Of a stretch of DNA of 64,000 nt, positions 1 to 10,360 are shown piece by piece. Under the pieces are notes generated by a model. That model was not told where the DNA came from, did not search any database, and was given only the letters and a program-made list of their open reading frames with translations. Origin of the DNA: Phoronis australis. Lineage: Eukaryota; Animalia; Phoronida. The position numbers and the translations under genes were made by a program. The DNA is taken from assembly GCA_002633005.1 (NCBI GenBank), contig NMRA01000038.1:767329-831328 (forward strand), written 5' to 3'. The stretch's first letter is position 1, and each line of letters begins with the position of its first letter.

Positions 1-3000
1 AAACACCGCCGGGAGCCTCTAGCGAATACGTCTCCCTTTCTACAACAAACGCTGTTGGGTGCTGCAGCGATCATTTCACCCTTTCGTTTTGGCCTAGACC
101 CAGATGTCCCACTTTTATCATTTCTGTGATTCCATTTTATGAAGAATAAGGGATAGCTAAATACTGGAATAAGATATACTCCCAACATCTCAATAACTAG
201 TTTAAAATATTGTCGTACCAGACCTACGCATGTTACTCAGGAAGGCCCACCGCACTGGTCACGTGATAACCATATTTAGTTATGCTTTATTAGTTGAAAC
301 CAATAGCTCATTGGTTGAAACAGAGCTGAGGAGCTTGACTCAAGCGACCAGCAGTGTGTCCCGTGTGACTTGACCACAAGTAGAGGAAGCCACACTGCCT
401 CAGCGTGAATAGCGGTATGTGTATAGATTACGCGTAATCCGTGCAGGTTACATATACGTAGACTAGGATGGGCACAATTATTAATCCAGGGAAAACTCAT
501 ACACAATGACTTCTGGAACTTACTCATGCGCGCACCCAGGGAGGTGTATATAGGCCATGAAATTTTAATAATAGTTGTACTACAGTGTTGTCATCGAAGT
601 GTTGACAGCTGTGCGCAGCTTCGAGTAGAACTTTCTTGACATTATTATACAGGTGCTCCACATACAAGAAACTTCCAAATAAACTTCGAAAGAACTCCGT
701 CAGGCTGCTAAACTTTGAACTTCTTGCCAGAAATGTTTGGCGCTTTAGTTGAACCCTTATCACACGTTTTTCGAACTTTTGCCGTAGTTTAGGTTGCCGT
801 TATTGCGCCTAACTGTTTATTTATGAATGGAGATACGTGCAAAATGTGGAAATTAAGACAACGTACATATAGGCGCTATTGTATTCTAGTCGAAAATAAT
901 TTCCACGTTGCTGGGTTTACTTTAAAAACTACTACACCAGCGCAGGTACCGTACACAATTATGGTGACTTGGTGCAAAGAAATATGTCAACATCTCCTTG
1001 AGACAGGGTTGTCTAAGGAAGAAGTCAAGGCAGAAACAGGAGAGACAGCAGTGTTGACTTACAATGACAATCTACTGATATGGGTGGTTATTGACCATCC
1101 AGGTGAACCATCAGCTCTCTGGCCCCATTTGAGTAGACATTGAGTAACATGGCTGTGATGAGGTTGTATACGTACAGTGGATGGGTTCTACCCTTTCCGT
1201 TGACTACTGGAGTATATTCCGATGGCCCACCACTCCGAAAAAAAACAGCTACTCCGAAGGTCTACTACCCCGAAGGAACACCGTTACTACAACTTTTTTT
1301 ACACGATCTTCCTAAATTGTCTCGAAATTTCACTAATGGGATATTAATTTGTTAACCATACAAAAACTAAATTGTGACTATGAAGTCCAATGACTTATTT
1401 CTGCCATTTTTGCTGTCTTGGTGGTTAACAACTCTTGAATTCCATCTTCTTTGAAGTTCGCTTAATCGAGAGAAAATGTATAATATTACATGCGCGCACC
1501 TAGGGGGGTGGGGGGGGGCGCAAATGAGCCCATCATTTAGCGAAGTGGGCAAAAAGATCTAAGATCCAGTTTTTGGTCTCCGTTTTTTGTTTATAAAAGG
1601 TCCACATTGCCAAAAATTTGAGCCCCCCATATCTTAGACTTTGTTCGTTTATGTATTAATGTTATAAAATGAAACAAATGCGTTCATATTTGGAGGAGCT
1701 GTGCGTTTCTTCGGAGAAGTGTTTTCTTTTCGGAGAAGAGGTTTTTCGTATAATTGTTTATTTGGAGTAATGGACAGTACCAGTAACCATACTGGACGCA
1801 CCAGCACTGAACTGCTGAGCGTATGAGCATTTCCACGCCATATGCTTTCTCTATTGTGCCAATACAACCCTCATGAAACTTGTGAGCAAAATGTTTGGCC
1901 CACCATAGTACATCTAAGTAACAGTCAGCATTTTGAAAATATATCTTGTAGAGGTTAACGAAGAGAATGAAAAATAATGAGATAATAAACTAAATCTCAA
2001 AAGGCTGCTAGGCCGTTTTGACGTTTGACGTCTGATTTGACCATGAAAATGACACCGTATCAATTAAATAACACCAGAAATGGACTCCCCATTACAGAAA
2101 ATGGTATAAATAATGTATTACATGACTCTGTTAGTCATCACATTAAATAAACTAAACTGGATCGAAATTCAAAATGGTGGAATCCGCCATCTTGAATTGC
2201 AAAAAATGCTCAAAGTTGCACTAAGTGCAACCAAGCTAATTTTGTTCTCTTGATCATATTTAATGTATTTCAACAAAAAAAAATACAATAATCAACATCG
2301 CAGGGTTCACTATGGGAGCCATTGGGCTGGCAACTAAACTAATTTTCCAGAGTCCAGTTTCTTTATTGACATAACAATCGTAAAATGTTCTCCAACGTCT
2401 CTTTTTTAAGCTAAAACACACCGCATGCATCAGGATTACTGATTTTACTTTCTGAAGGAATGAGTTTATTATGGAAAGTCCTACACTTTAATGTAATACC
2501 TATCCACACTACATTTTAAAGCTGCACAATAGATGTTTGCTCATATTTATCTATCAAAAAATTTTGTCCGGAAATTTCAGATAGGTAGTTGGATGAATTA
2601 GTATATCACAATTTTTGTAAATGTCACTACATCCTGAATTTTTTCTGAGGATCTATATCAAACGGCATCAAGGGTCCAATAAATATACAAAGATGTATAG
2701 TTTTGGATGATTGCCTAACTAAATACTTCACATCAACTCTGAGGAATCCATATTCTAAAATCTTTGCCTTGATAGGTAGAAATATTTTGAATCGTTAAAA
2801 TTGTCCCCCATCTGGTTTAATTAGTAATTTATGCAAAATCTTTGGTTTATTTCCTCTTTTATGCTACTATTACGCCCTGTTATTTATCGTATTTTGGTAA
2901 CACTCTTTGTTTTTAAAATAAAAACTAGCCATTAAACCTATAGGTCAGTATACAAAACGATAATTATTTATTAAATGAATTATTTATTTTTTGCTTCCGG

Positions 3001-3190
3001 GATAATCAAGAACTAATGATATGACACTCCTGCAATTCGGTTGCAAAACAGCGGAGTTTTAGTGACACTAAATTACATAACAAGAACCAACACCGGAACA
3101 TACGAATGCAAACAAATGTCACGCATGCGCGGCGTTACCTCACCAACGCGAGGTCGAAGTTGGCATTCCAGGACTATAGTTCTATGCACA
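1..3190 (-). repeat. Interrupted reverse-orientation copy of repeat family A (non-autonomous DNA-element-like)
   Basis: Segments 1-130, ~2330-2930 and ~3030-3190 are reverse complements of parts of 4020-5170 (e.g. cctagacccagatgtccc vs gggacatctgggtctaaacc; ttggcattccaggactatagttctat vs atagaactctagtcctggaatgccaa). Other insertions lie in between. Confidence 0.6.
1489..1640 (+). mobile_element. Partial GC-ended MITE (catgcgcgcacc... family)
   Basis: Starts catgcgcgcacctagggggg and has aaaaatttgagcccccc near the end; same family as the complete copy at 49515-49756. Confidence 0.5.
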
Positions 3191-3522
3191 AATTTTGTGG
3201 TATGCACTTGTGCTCAACCTTGCAGCTGAAAGGTACCGCAGTGTGCATCACGACGTAAATTTCCGAGCGAAGACAGTCTGTTTTCAAACGTAGACCCGTA
3301 CGTGTTGCAGGATGTCCTTGGGAATCCCAAGAATACGACAGATCGAGCAGGGCGACATGATTGTTTTAAGCGTTACGGGCGGGGCTGAAGACAGCATCGT
3401 CCGGATCAAGTCTAATGCCGAATGATTCTTCTAACCGAGCGTGACAGTCGACAAAAATAATAGTTAAAATGATACGAAAACAAATGTTGGCATTGATCAT
3501 GCTGCGGCTAATCGAGGTGTAC

Positions 3523-3524
<2 letters not shown>

Positions 3525-3558
<34 letters not shown>
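3525..3558. repeat. (TG)17 microsatellite
   Basis: Perfect TG dinucleotide run. Confidence 0.97.
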
Positions 3559-3562
<4 letters not shown>

Positions 3563-5771
3563 CAATTTTGGTCTCCCATCAAGATATCAGAAATACGCCA
3601 CTTGGTCCCCCATCGGTTTCCTTTGTAATATTTTTCAATGATGAAAATTCCATTCTGGCCTTGGTCTTTGAGTATTTCCTTAAACGGTTTGTTGCTGCCT
3701 TTTCCCAATTGCGGGAACTGTGCAACCGGTGTGGACAAATGTCTCTCTAAGCCTGCTGCGTCAGTTTTCAATGTCATTGACTTTTTCTAGTCAGTCCTTT
3801 GAGTAAACCTAAGGAAGAAAGCTTTCACACATTTTTGACTCTTTGGTAACAAAACCACCAGCAGTGCCTGGTGATACTGACACGGTCAAGGCTTCTTCAA
3901 TAGTTTCTTTAACAAGTTAATCCAGAGAGACACAGTAGGGTGCCTTGGGTACTTTAAACCTGACGTGCGTTCAGTAACGCCAGGACTTACGCTAGTACCT
4001 AGCTAAAGCCTAGGCAAAGTCACGTGTTTTCATTTGAAATACACTGAAATATCTCACGTAATCTCGGGAATTCCTGCTTTTTAGCGAGGCTCCAGCGTTA
4101 CTGAACGGGAGGCTGGTTTTACTATAGAACTCTAGTCCTGGAATGCCAATTCCGATCTCGAGGACGCTGAGGTTGCGTAGCGCATGTGTGAGGGTTGTTT
4201 TCATTCGATTGTTCCGGTGTGTGTACGTGCTATGGAATAAACTGTCATTAAACATTTTCGCCGAATTGCATTACAGCCATATCATTAGAAATCCGTTCTT
4301 TAATTCATAAATAATTATCGTTTCGCATACCTAGCTGCTTTAAAGATATTTTTAATTCTAAAAACCAAGAATCTTACCAATATGGAAAAATAACAGCGTG
4401 TAATAGAAACTTAAACAGGAAAAGGAACCAGAGAAGTTATATAAATAACCTATTAAGTCATTAGAGAAATAACTTCGATAATTCAAAAAAAAATTTAGCA
4501 TATAAAGACAATGGTTTAAGAACATGGATCCCTCCCACTTTCTGTGTATAATGTAGTCAGACTTTCATCCAAAATTATACATCTTTATATATCATATAAT
4601 TAATTGTACCTCTGGTGCCGTTTGATAAATTACATTCTTCAGTAAAAATCTAGAATGTAGTGACATGTATGAAAAATGCGATAATCTACTCCAAGTTTCT
4701 ATCCCAAATTTGCTGATAAAGGTTTCCTGATAGGAAAAATGGGCAAATACATATCACGTAGCTTTGAAATGTACTGTGGATAGCTCATCACATTGCTTGT
4801 GGTGTAGGACTTTCTATAAAAGTTTAGAAATAAAGTCTTTTCTTCAGATAGTAAAAGTTAGTGATTCTAGCACATGACGTGTATGTTACCGAAAGCAAGA
4901 GACATTGGAACACATTTTTACGATTGTTAAGTTACTAAAGAAAGTGGACTCTGAAAAATGAAATTATTCATGAAAATAGACAATGTTATTTTTAACACCT
5001 GTTGCATAGTTGTCAGGGTCAACATTCAAGAACGAAAAAACGGAACAATTTGATTGAAAAGCGGGGCTTCAGAAGAAACGGCGGGACATCTGGGTCTAAA
5101 CCAAAACGTAAGGCTGAGCTGTTCGTTGCAACCCACAAAGACTTGCCGACAGTGTTTTTTGTCGAACGGGAGAAGTAAAACCCAAAAATGCCTGACAGCC
5201 TTTTTTCATTTTTGATGTTTTTTACACTTGTATGGGAAATTGTGATTGCCACGAAAACCCATGAAACGTCCCGTTTTTAGTTGAGCTGAAAAATATGACT
5301 GTCGCGTGGAAAATTACAAAAGTATACAATAATATGTCAATTTGGCTATGTGTCAAAAAGTGGGACATTTAGATGGTGTGGCGGGATGGTGGAATGTCAG
5401 CAACACAAAGAACTGGAATGTGCTCTTTTAAAAGGTAAACTTTTCATTTTTTAAAGTTTTATTTCACGGGTACTGGTAAATACTACAGATAACAGTAGCC
5501 CTGCGTCTCAGATATCGAATTAAAAAAGGCATTTGGGCAACAGGTAAGCATTGCACAAACGAATTATAGAAACAATTGAAAACAGTAATAACACACACAC
5601 ACAAACACGCACGTACGCACACACATTTAGCTAAGCAATTAAGGGTAATTTTTCGAAAGTTGCCTCTTATTAAAATACCGTAAGATGATTTTAACACCAA
5701 AAATGTCTCGTTGAAAAATTCCAGGCATGTAGTGTGATACATTGTCGAAAGTGCTTACAAAGAATTATCGT

Positions 5772-6200
5772 TTATTTATTTATTATTAATGTAATATTTA
5801 CAATGAGGGTAGCCCCATCAGTTCACACTGCTTTCCATGGGGACCCTAAATAAAACATAGAAAGGCAGTAAGACAAACTAACAGAATTACAAAATGAAAG
5901 ACAATATTCAAATTATCAGTGAAGAATAAGAAAGTAACATGGAAAGACTGATAAAGCAAAATACCTAATCAAATTATAAATAGAATATAATAAAACTAAG
6001 ACAAGATGATTAACTAAAATATTAATATAAATATTAATAAAACATACAATAAAATAATAAAAGTAAGACGTATACATATACAGTATATGTACACATCGAC
6101 ATGCACACATATATACACATACATAAATACGTAAATACATACACATACCTACATACATAAATAAATGCACACATACATACATACAAAATACAAATATACC
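5772..6200 (-). mobile_element. 3' UTR/terminus of a CR1/L2-group LINE
   Basis: Minus strand reads gggtccccatggaaagcagtgtgaactgatggggctaccctc...aataataaataaataaa, a structured 3' end plus AATAA repeats, preceded by a TG/TA-rich UTR. It interrupts family A. Confidence 0.55.
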
Positions 6201-6692
6201 CGATTTCAAGTGTCTGATTCAGACAAACGGTAACTATATAGCTAAGTAATGCCGCTACCGGTCGATATGCGCATGATATCCCAGGCGACCGGCAGGCGCT
6301 GCGCGCTATCGGTCCGATTCCGTCGTCTGCTCCACTGTGCAATGAAGAAAACTACTTCATTTTTGAGTTAGAGTGCAGAAACAGAATCTGCTGATGAGAT
6401 GTAAATTTTAATCGAAACCTCGGTGAATCACGCAGAAACTCGTAGTTCCCTCTTGGTCAAACATTAAAATTAAGACGATTTGCAAAGCAAGCGTGTGGTT
6501 AATGTCAACACGAAAAATGGATTTGGGCATTTGGGCAACTTAAGACACTGTTTTAAACATAACGACTTTTGCTAAAAACTGGTTTCACAAAATTTAAAAC
6601 GTAGAATAAACATTATAGGAAGGAACAGGTTCGCACGCGAACGGTGTGGACCATAAACAAGTGTGTCTTTTAGCATTCTATTTTAGTTAGAA

Positions 6693-6757
6693 GCGGGGTG
6701 GCGAAATGGAAGAGTGCGCGCTCTCTGATCAAGAGGTCGTGAGTTGGAGTCCACCCA
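6693..6757 (+). pseudogene. tRNA-derived (SINE-head-like) Pol III promoter remnant
   Basis: A-box-like TGGCGAAATGG, anticodon-arm-like ctct-ctgatca-agag, degenerate B box GGTCGTGAGTTGGAGTCC; no proper acceptor stem. Confidence 0.45.
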
Positions 6758-7840
6758 ATTTATGATTTTTCACTTCTAAATAACAAGCGGCGATACCGCG
6801 GTTATACTGTTTAAATGCTTTAAAACAAGAATTGTTAATTTGATTATTTAAAAACTCTTCTTTCAGCAGGTAATGATAATACTCACAGAGTGTTGCCATA
6901 TATGAATAAGTCACTTAAATATGCGTCATAACCACATGTGCCTGATTGTTCGCCATCGGTACAAAAAGATATGTAAAACAGGTGAACGTCTAGAATCACG
7001 GGCGTTGTTTAGTCTAGGGAACTTGTCGAGTTTTAACTTGCCGTGCAGCGACGTCGGAGTCCAGAATGCGATCTGGATCGTGGAATTTAGCCGCGCTAGT
7101 TGCAAATATCGACCTGGCCAAGGAAACGGTTGATTATGGTTCAGAAATTGAGGAAAATGCCTGTTTTCAGGGGCAAAAACAAAATTTTCTCCTGGGCGGA
7201 AGGGGGAACCCCTCTCCCGACCTCCCCCCATTCGTTGTTACGAGCCTCTACTATAAATCCGTCTACGAGACGAAATGTTGGGCCTCCCTTATGATATCCT
7301 AGGTCCCCTACTGCTAATTGTCGGGTTTGTAGACAAACTTGCCGAGAAATAGATGTTTGTTTGGACCCGTGCTTCAAAAGTCCAGCTTGATGAAGAGTAT
7401 AATGAAAATAAAGCAATGAAATAATTGCCTTGATTTGAACTACAACTCTCGATCCAAATTCAGTCGTCTGAGCAGGCAGTGCAAACTCTTGCGGCTAGAC
7501 ATAGAGGGCGCTGTTGAGCTTCCTGTACATGGTCTTCATGAGCTCTTGAATTTTATCAGTTTTTGACAGTCTTAAGTTTATGTTTTTAATTCAAACTGCA
7601 CAAAAATCAGGAGAACGGTGTAAAGAAACCGTTGGTGCATTGTGGTGGCGCGAATGAACTGCCAGAGGTCTGAATTTGTTGTTCATTCTACGACTGTGTG
7701 TCAGATCCAAGATGGCTGCGCACATGGACAATCAGACAAATAGCACAAAAATAGAAAAAAGGTCTCAAATTCTTCACATGGAATGTTGGAAGTTTATATT
7801 ATAAGCTTCCTGAGGTAATCTATACAATCTCTGAACTACA

Positions 7841-7993
7841 TGTTTATATGTTCGTATTGTATTGTTCATCGGAGCACAACAATAAAGAGTTTCCGGTTCT
7901 TGACACAATGGTGGTCAGTTACATTTAAGTAAGCGGTTGAACATATCAGACAACATCGTCGAGACTACTGCACTGACACACGAACGATTTACA
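7841..7993 (+). repeat. 5' LTR
   Basis: tgtttatatg...cgatttaca; differs from the 3' LTR at one position (ggagCacaac vs ggagTacaac); contains AATAAA. Confidence 0.96.
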
Positions 7994-10083
7994 TGGTGCC
8001 CCGAGTGAGGATAGTGGTGGTAGATACCAAACACCCCAGTTTGCTATCGGGCAAATTGTGTGTCGACTATGGTCTCATCACAGTGAGCGAAAGCGTCAAG
8101 CCGGATCCGGAGAAGGTCAAGGCCATTCGTGAAATGCCCCCACCCAAAGATGTTGACCAAGTACGCCAATTCCTGGGACATGTTAATTACATGTCTAAGT
8201 TCATTCCGAACTTATCGGCTGAGTGCGAACCACTCCGTCGTCTTCTACAAGCTCCGAAAGCTAGTTTTGTGTGGGGAACTGACCAGCAACAAGCGTATGA
8301 GAAGTTGGTAAACGAAATTAGTATCGACAAGGTGCTGGAGTATTATGACAGTCGGAAACCAACAGTAATTCAAACAGATGCAAGCACAGCTGGCCTGGGG
8401 GCAGTTCTTATACAAGAAGGCCGTCCCATAGCTTATGCATCTCGTTCGCTAACTGACGCAGAAAAAAGATATGCCCCGATTGAGCTTGAGTGTCTAGCAA
8501 TTGTTTTTGCAACAAGAAAATTTGACCAGTTTTTGTTTGGCCACGCGGACCTCACAATTCAGACAGATCATCAACCGTTGGTGTCCATACTCAACAGATC
8601 ATTGTTACTGGCACCGAGACGCTTGCAAGCTATGATCCTGACTCTTCAAAGATATACATTCACAATAGAATGGCGACCAGGGGCAGAACAAATAACGGCC
8701 GACATGTTGTCGAGAAATCCCCTTCCTGAAACGTCCATAGACATGGATTACGACCATGTTTTTTCGTTCATTGAAAAAGCCACGATCACCGCTGATCCAC
8801 CACTTGCAGATCCGATGCTAGAGTTGGTGCGCAAACATACAAAGAACGACGAAGAACTTCAAAACTTATGCCAAAGCATCGCCTCGGATTGGCGTCAGTC
8901 CACTGATGACTTGGCACCATTCTGGTCAGTTCGGAACGAACTAGCTATAGATCATGGTTTGGTGATCAAGGGGAATCAGATTGTGATTCCGAAATCTTTG
9001 CGAAATCACATGTTGAGTCTGCTACACGCCAGCCATCAGGGGCTAGCTTCAACACTGCGACGAGCTCGACGAACAATCTTTTGGCCCGGTATAACTAAAG
9101 ACATACATCGCATCATCGAACAATGTGACTCGTGTCAAAGAGATGCTCCACGCAACTCCGCAGATGAGCTACTCCAACACTCGATCCCGGATCAGCCATG
9201 GATTAAAGTTGGGGTCGATCTTATGTCACATGCGGGTGTTGATTACTTGGTGATAGTGGACTATCATTCAGATTATCTAGAGTTGGAAAAGCTGGAAGAT
9301 ACTACTGCGAGTACCACGGTGAACACGTTGAAACGTGTATTTGCGCGTTTAGGAGTTCCACATTTCCTGCAAAGCGACAATGCAGCCCAGTTCACGTCCA
9401 GAGAGTTTGCTGAGTTCAGCAAAGCGTGGAGCTTTCATCACACTTCGTCGTCACCGCACCACCACCGCTCTAATGGAAAAGCAGAATCGGCGGTCAAAAT
9501 TGCGAAAAGATTACTGAAGAGGTCTAGTGATCCCCAGTTAGCCTTACTAGAATACCGTAATACTCCTACAGCTACCTTGTCAACGAGCCCCATAGAGCGG
9601 TTGTTGGGCAGATCCACGAGAACACCGTTGCCGTCGTTGTTGAAAATAGATGGCCGTTCTCTAAGAAACAGAGTAGAAAAAGAGAAGCGGAGAAAACAAG
9701 TAGCTAAGTCTTACAACAAGAACACTAGGCCTCTTGAACCCATTAAGGAAGGAGCACCAGTCCTAGTTAGGGACTTTAACTCTCATCGCACACAATGGAA
9801 AGATGCGAAAGCACATAAGCAGCTGACCAATAGGTCTTATTCAGTTGAGTGCGGTCAGGACTTACTTCGTCGCGACCGACACGACCTTCGTCCGTATCAC
9901 GAACCTGTCGAAGCTTCTACTCCTGAGTTAACTGTACCGTCGGATATGCACGCCACTAGGGACACCAGTACACCGGAACCTCCGTCACCGTCGCTAAAAT
10001 CTCCAGAAAGGTTTCGAATTGTAACGCGGGCGGGAAGAGTGGTTAACCTACCTAAATATCTGGAAGACTATGAGACGCATTAG
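7993..10083 (+). CDS. Truncated Gypsy pol: RT C-terminus/connection, RNase H, integrase (696 aa)
   Basis: KPDPEKV...VRQFLG (end of RT), QTDAS/IAYASRSL/ELECLA/TDHQPL (RNase H), HASH...CDSC (HHCC finger), VDL...SDN-x35-E (catalytic DDE). No gag, protease or YxDD. Confidence 0.92.
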   Translation: MVPRVRIVVVDTKHPSLLSGKLCVDYGLITVSESVKPDPEKVKAIREMPPPKDVDQVRQFLGHVNYMSKFIPNLSAECEPLRRLLQAPKASFVWGTDQQQAYEKLVNEISIDKVLEYYDSRKPTVIQTDASTAGLGAVLIQEGRPIAYASRSLTDAEKRYAPIELECLAIVFATRKFDQFLFGHADLTIQTDHQPLVSILNRSLLLAPRRLQAMILTLQRYTFTIEWRPGAEQITADMLSRNPLPETSIDMDYDHVFSFIEKATITADPPLADPMLELVRKHTKNDEELQNLCQSIASDWRQSTDDLAPFWSVRNELAIDHGLVIKGNQIVIPKSLRNHMLSLLHASHQGLASTLRRARRTIFWPGITKDIHRIIEQCDSCQRDAPRNSADELLQHSIPDQPWIKVGVDLMSHAGVDYLVIVDYHSDYLELEKLEDTTASTTVNTLKRVFARLGVPHFLQSDNAAQFTSREFAEFSKAWSFHHTSSSPHHHRSNGKAESAVKIAKRLLKRSSDPQLALLEYRNTPTATLSTSPIERLLGRSTRTPLPSLLKIDGRSLRNRVEKEKRRKQVAKSYNKNTRPLEPIKEGAPVLVRDFNSHRTQWKDAKAHKQLTNRSYSVECGQDLLRRDRHDLRPYHEPVEASTPELTVPSDMHATRDTSTPEPPSPSLKSPERFRIVTRAGRVVNLPKYLEDYETH
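7994..8012 (+). promoter_or_regulatory. Primer binding site, complementary to the 3' end of an elongator tRNA-Met-like tRNA
   Basis: TGGTGCCCCGAGTGAGGAT immediately follows the LTR. Its reverse complement ATCCTCACTCGGGGCACCA resembles the eukaryotic elongator tRNA-Met 3' end (tRNA identity from recall, not searched). Confidence 0.8.
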
Positions 10084-10207
10084 TTCACTGTTAGTTAGTT
10101 AGTTAGTTAGTTTCCTAGGGTAGTGGAAAGACTTTTCGTACAGTGCGGTTTGTTTACAAATTAGGACTTTAGAGGTTTAGTTGAAGGAGGTTTTTAGTAA
10201 GGGGGTA

Positions 10208-10360
10208 TGTTTATATGTTCGTATTGTATTGTTCATCGGAGTACAACAATAAAGAGTTTCCGGTTCTTGACACAATGGTGGTCAGTTACATTTAAGTAAG
10301 CGGTTGAACATATCAGACAACATCGTCGAGACTACTGCACTGACACACGAACGATTTACA
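10208..10360 (+). repeat. 3' LTR, preceded by polypurine tract aagggggta (10199-10207)
   Basis: Direct repeat of 7841-7993, followed by TSD CTACA. Confidence 0.96.

Larger units (their letters stand above)
4020..7510 (+). repeat. Repeat family A, forward copy with nested insertions
   Basis: Blocks 4020-4270, 4345-5400, 5610-5750 and 7400-7510 are colinear with ~51790-54160 (e.g. aaaaaccaaga...aaaaataacagcgtg; caagagacattggaacacatttttacgattgtt). Confidence 0.7.
7841..10360 (+). mobile_element. Ty3/Gypsy (Mag-like) LTR retrotransposon, internally deleted, 2520 bp
   Basis: Two 153-bp LTRs (TGT...ACA), 5-bp TSD CTACA (7836-7840 and 10361-10365), PBS directly after the 5' LTR, purine tract before the 3' LTR, RNase H then integrase order. 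Confidence 0.96.

Noticed and set aside
5916-6342. Hydrophobic 97/102-aa ORFs
   Set aside because: Translations of TG/TA low-complexity LINE 3' UTR sequence.
6693-6757. Functional tRNA gene
   Set aside because: B box is degenerate (GTTGGAGTC) and no acceptor stem forms; treated as a SINE-like head.
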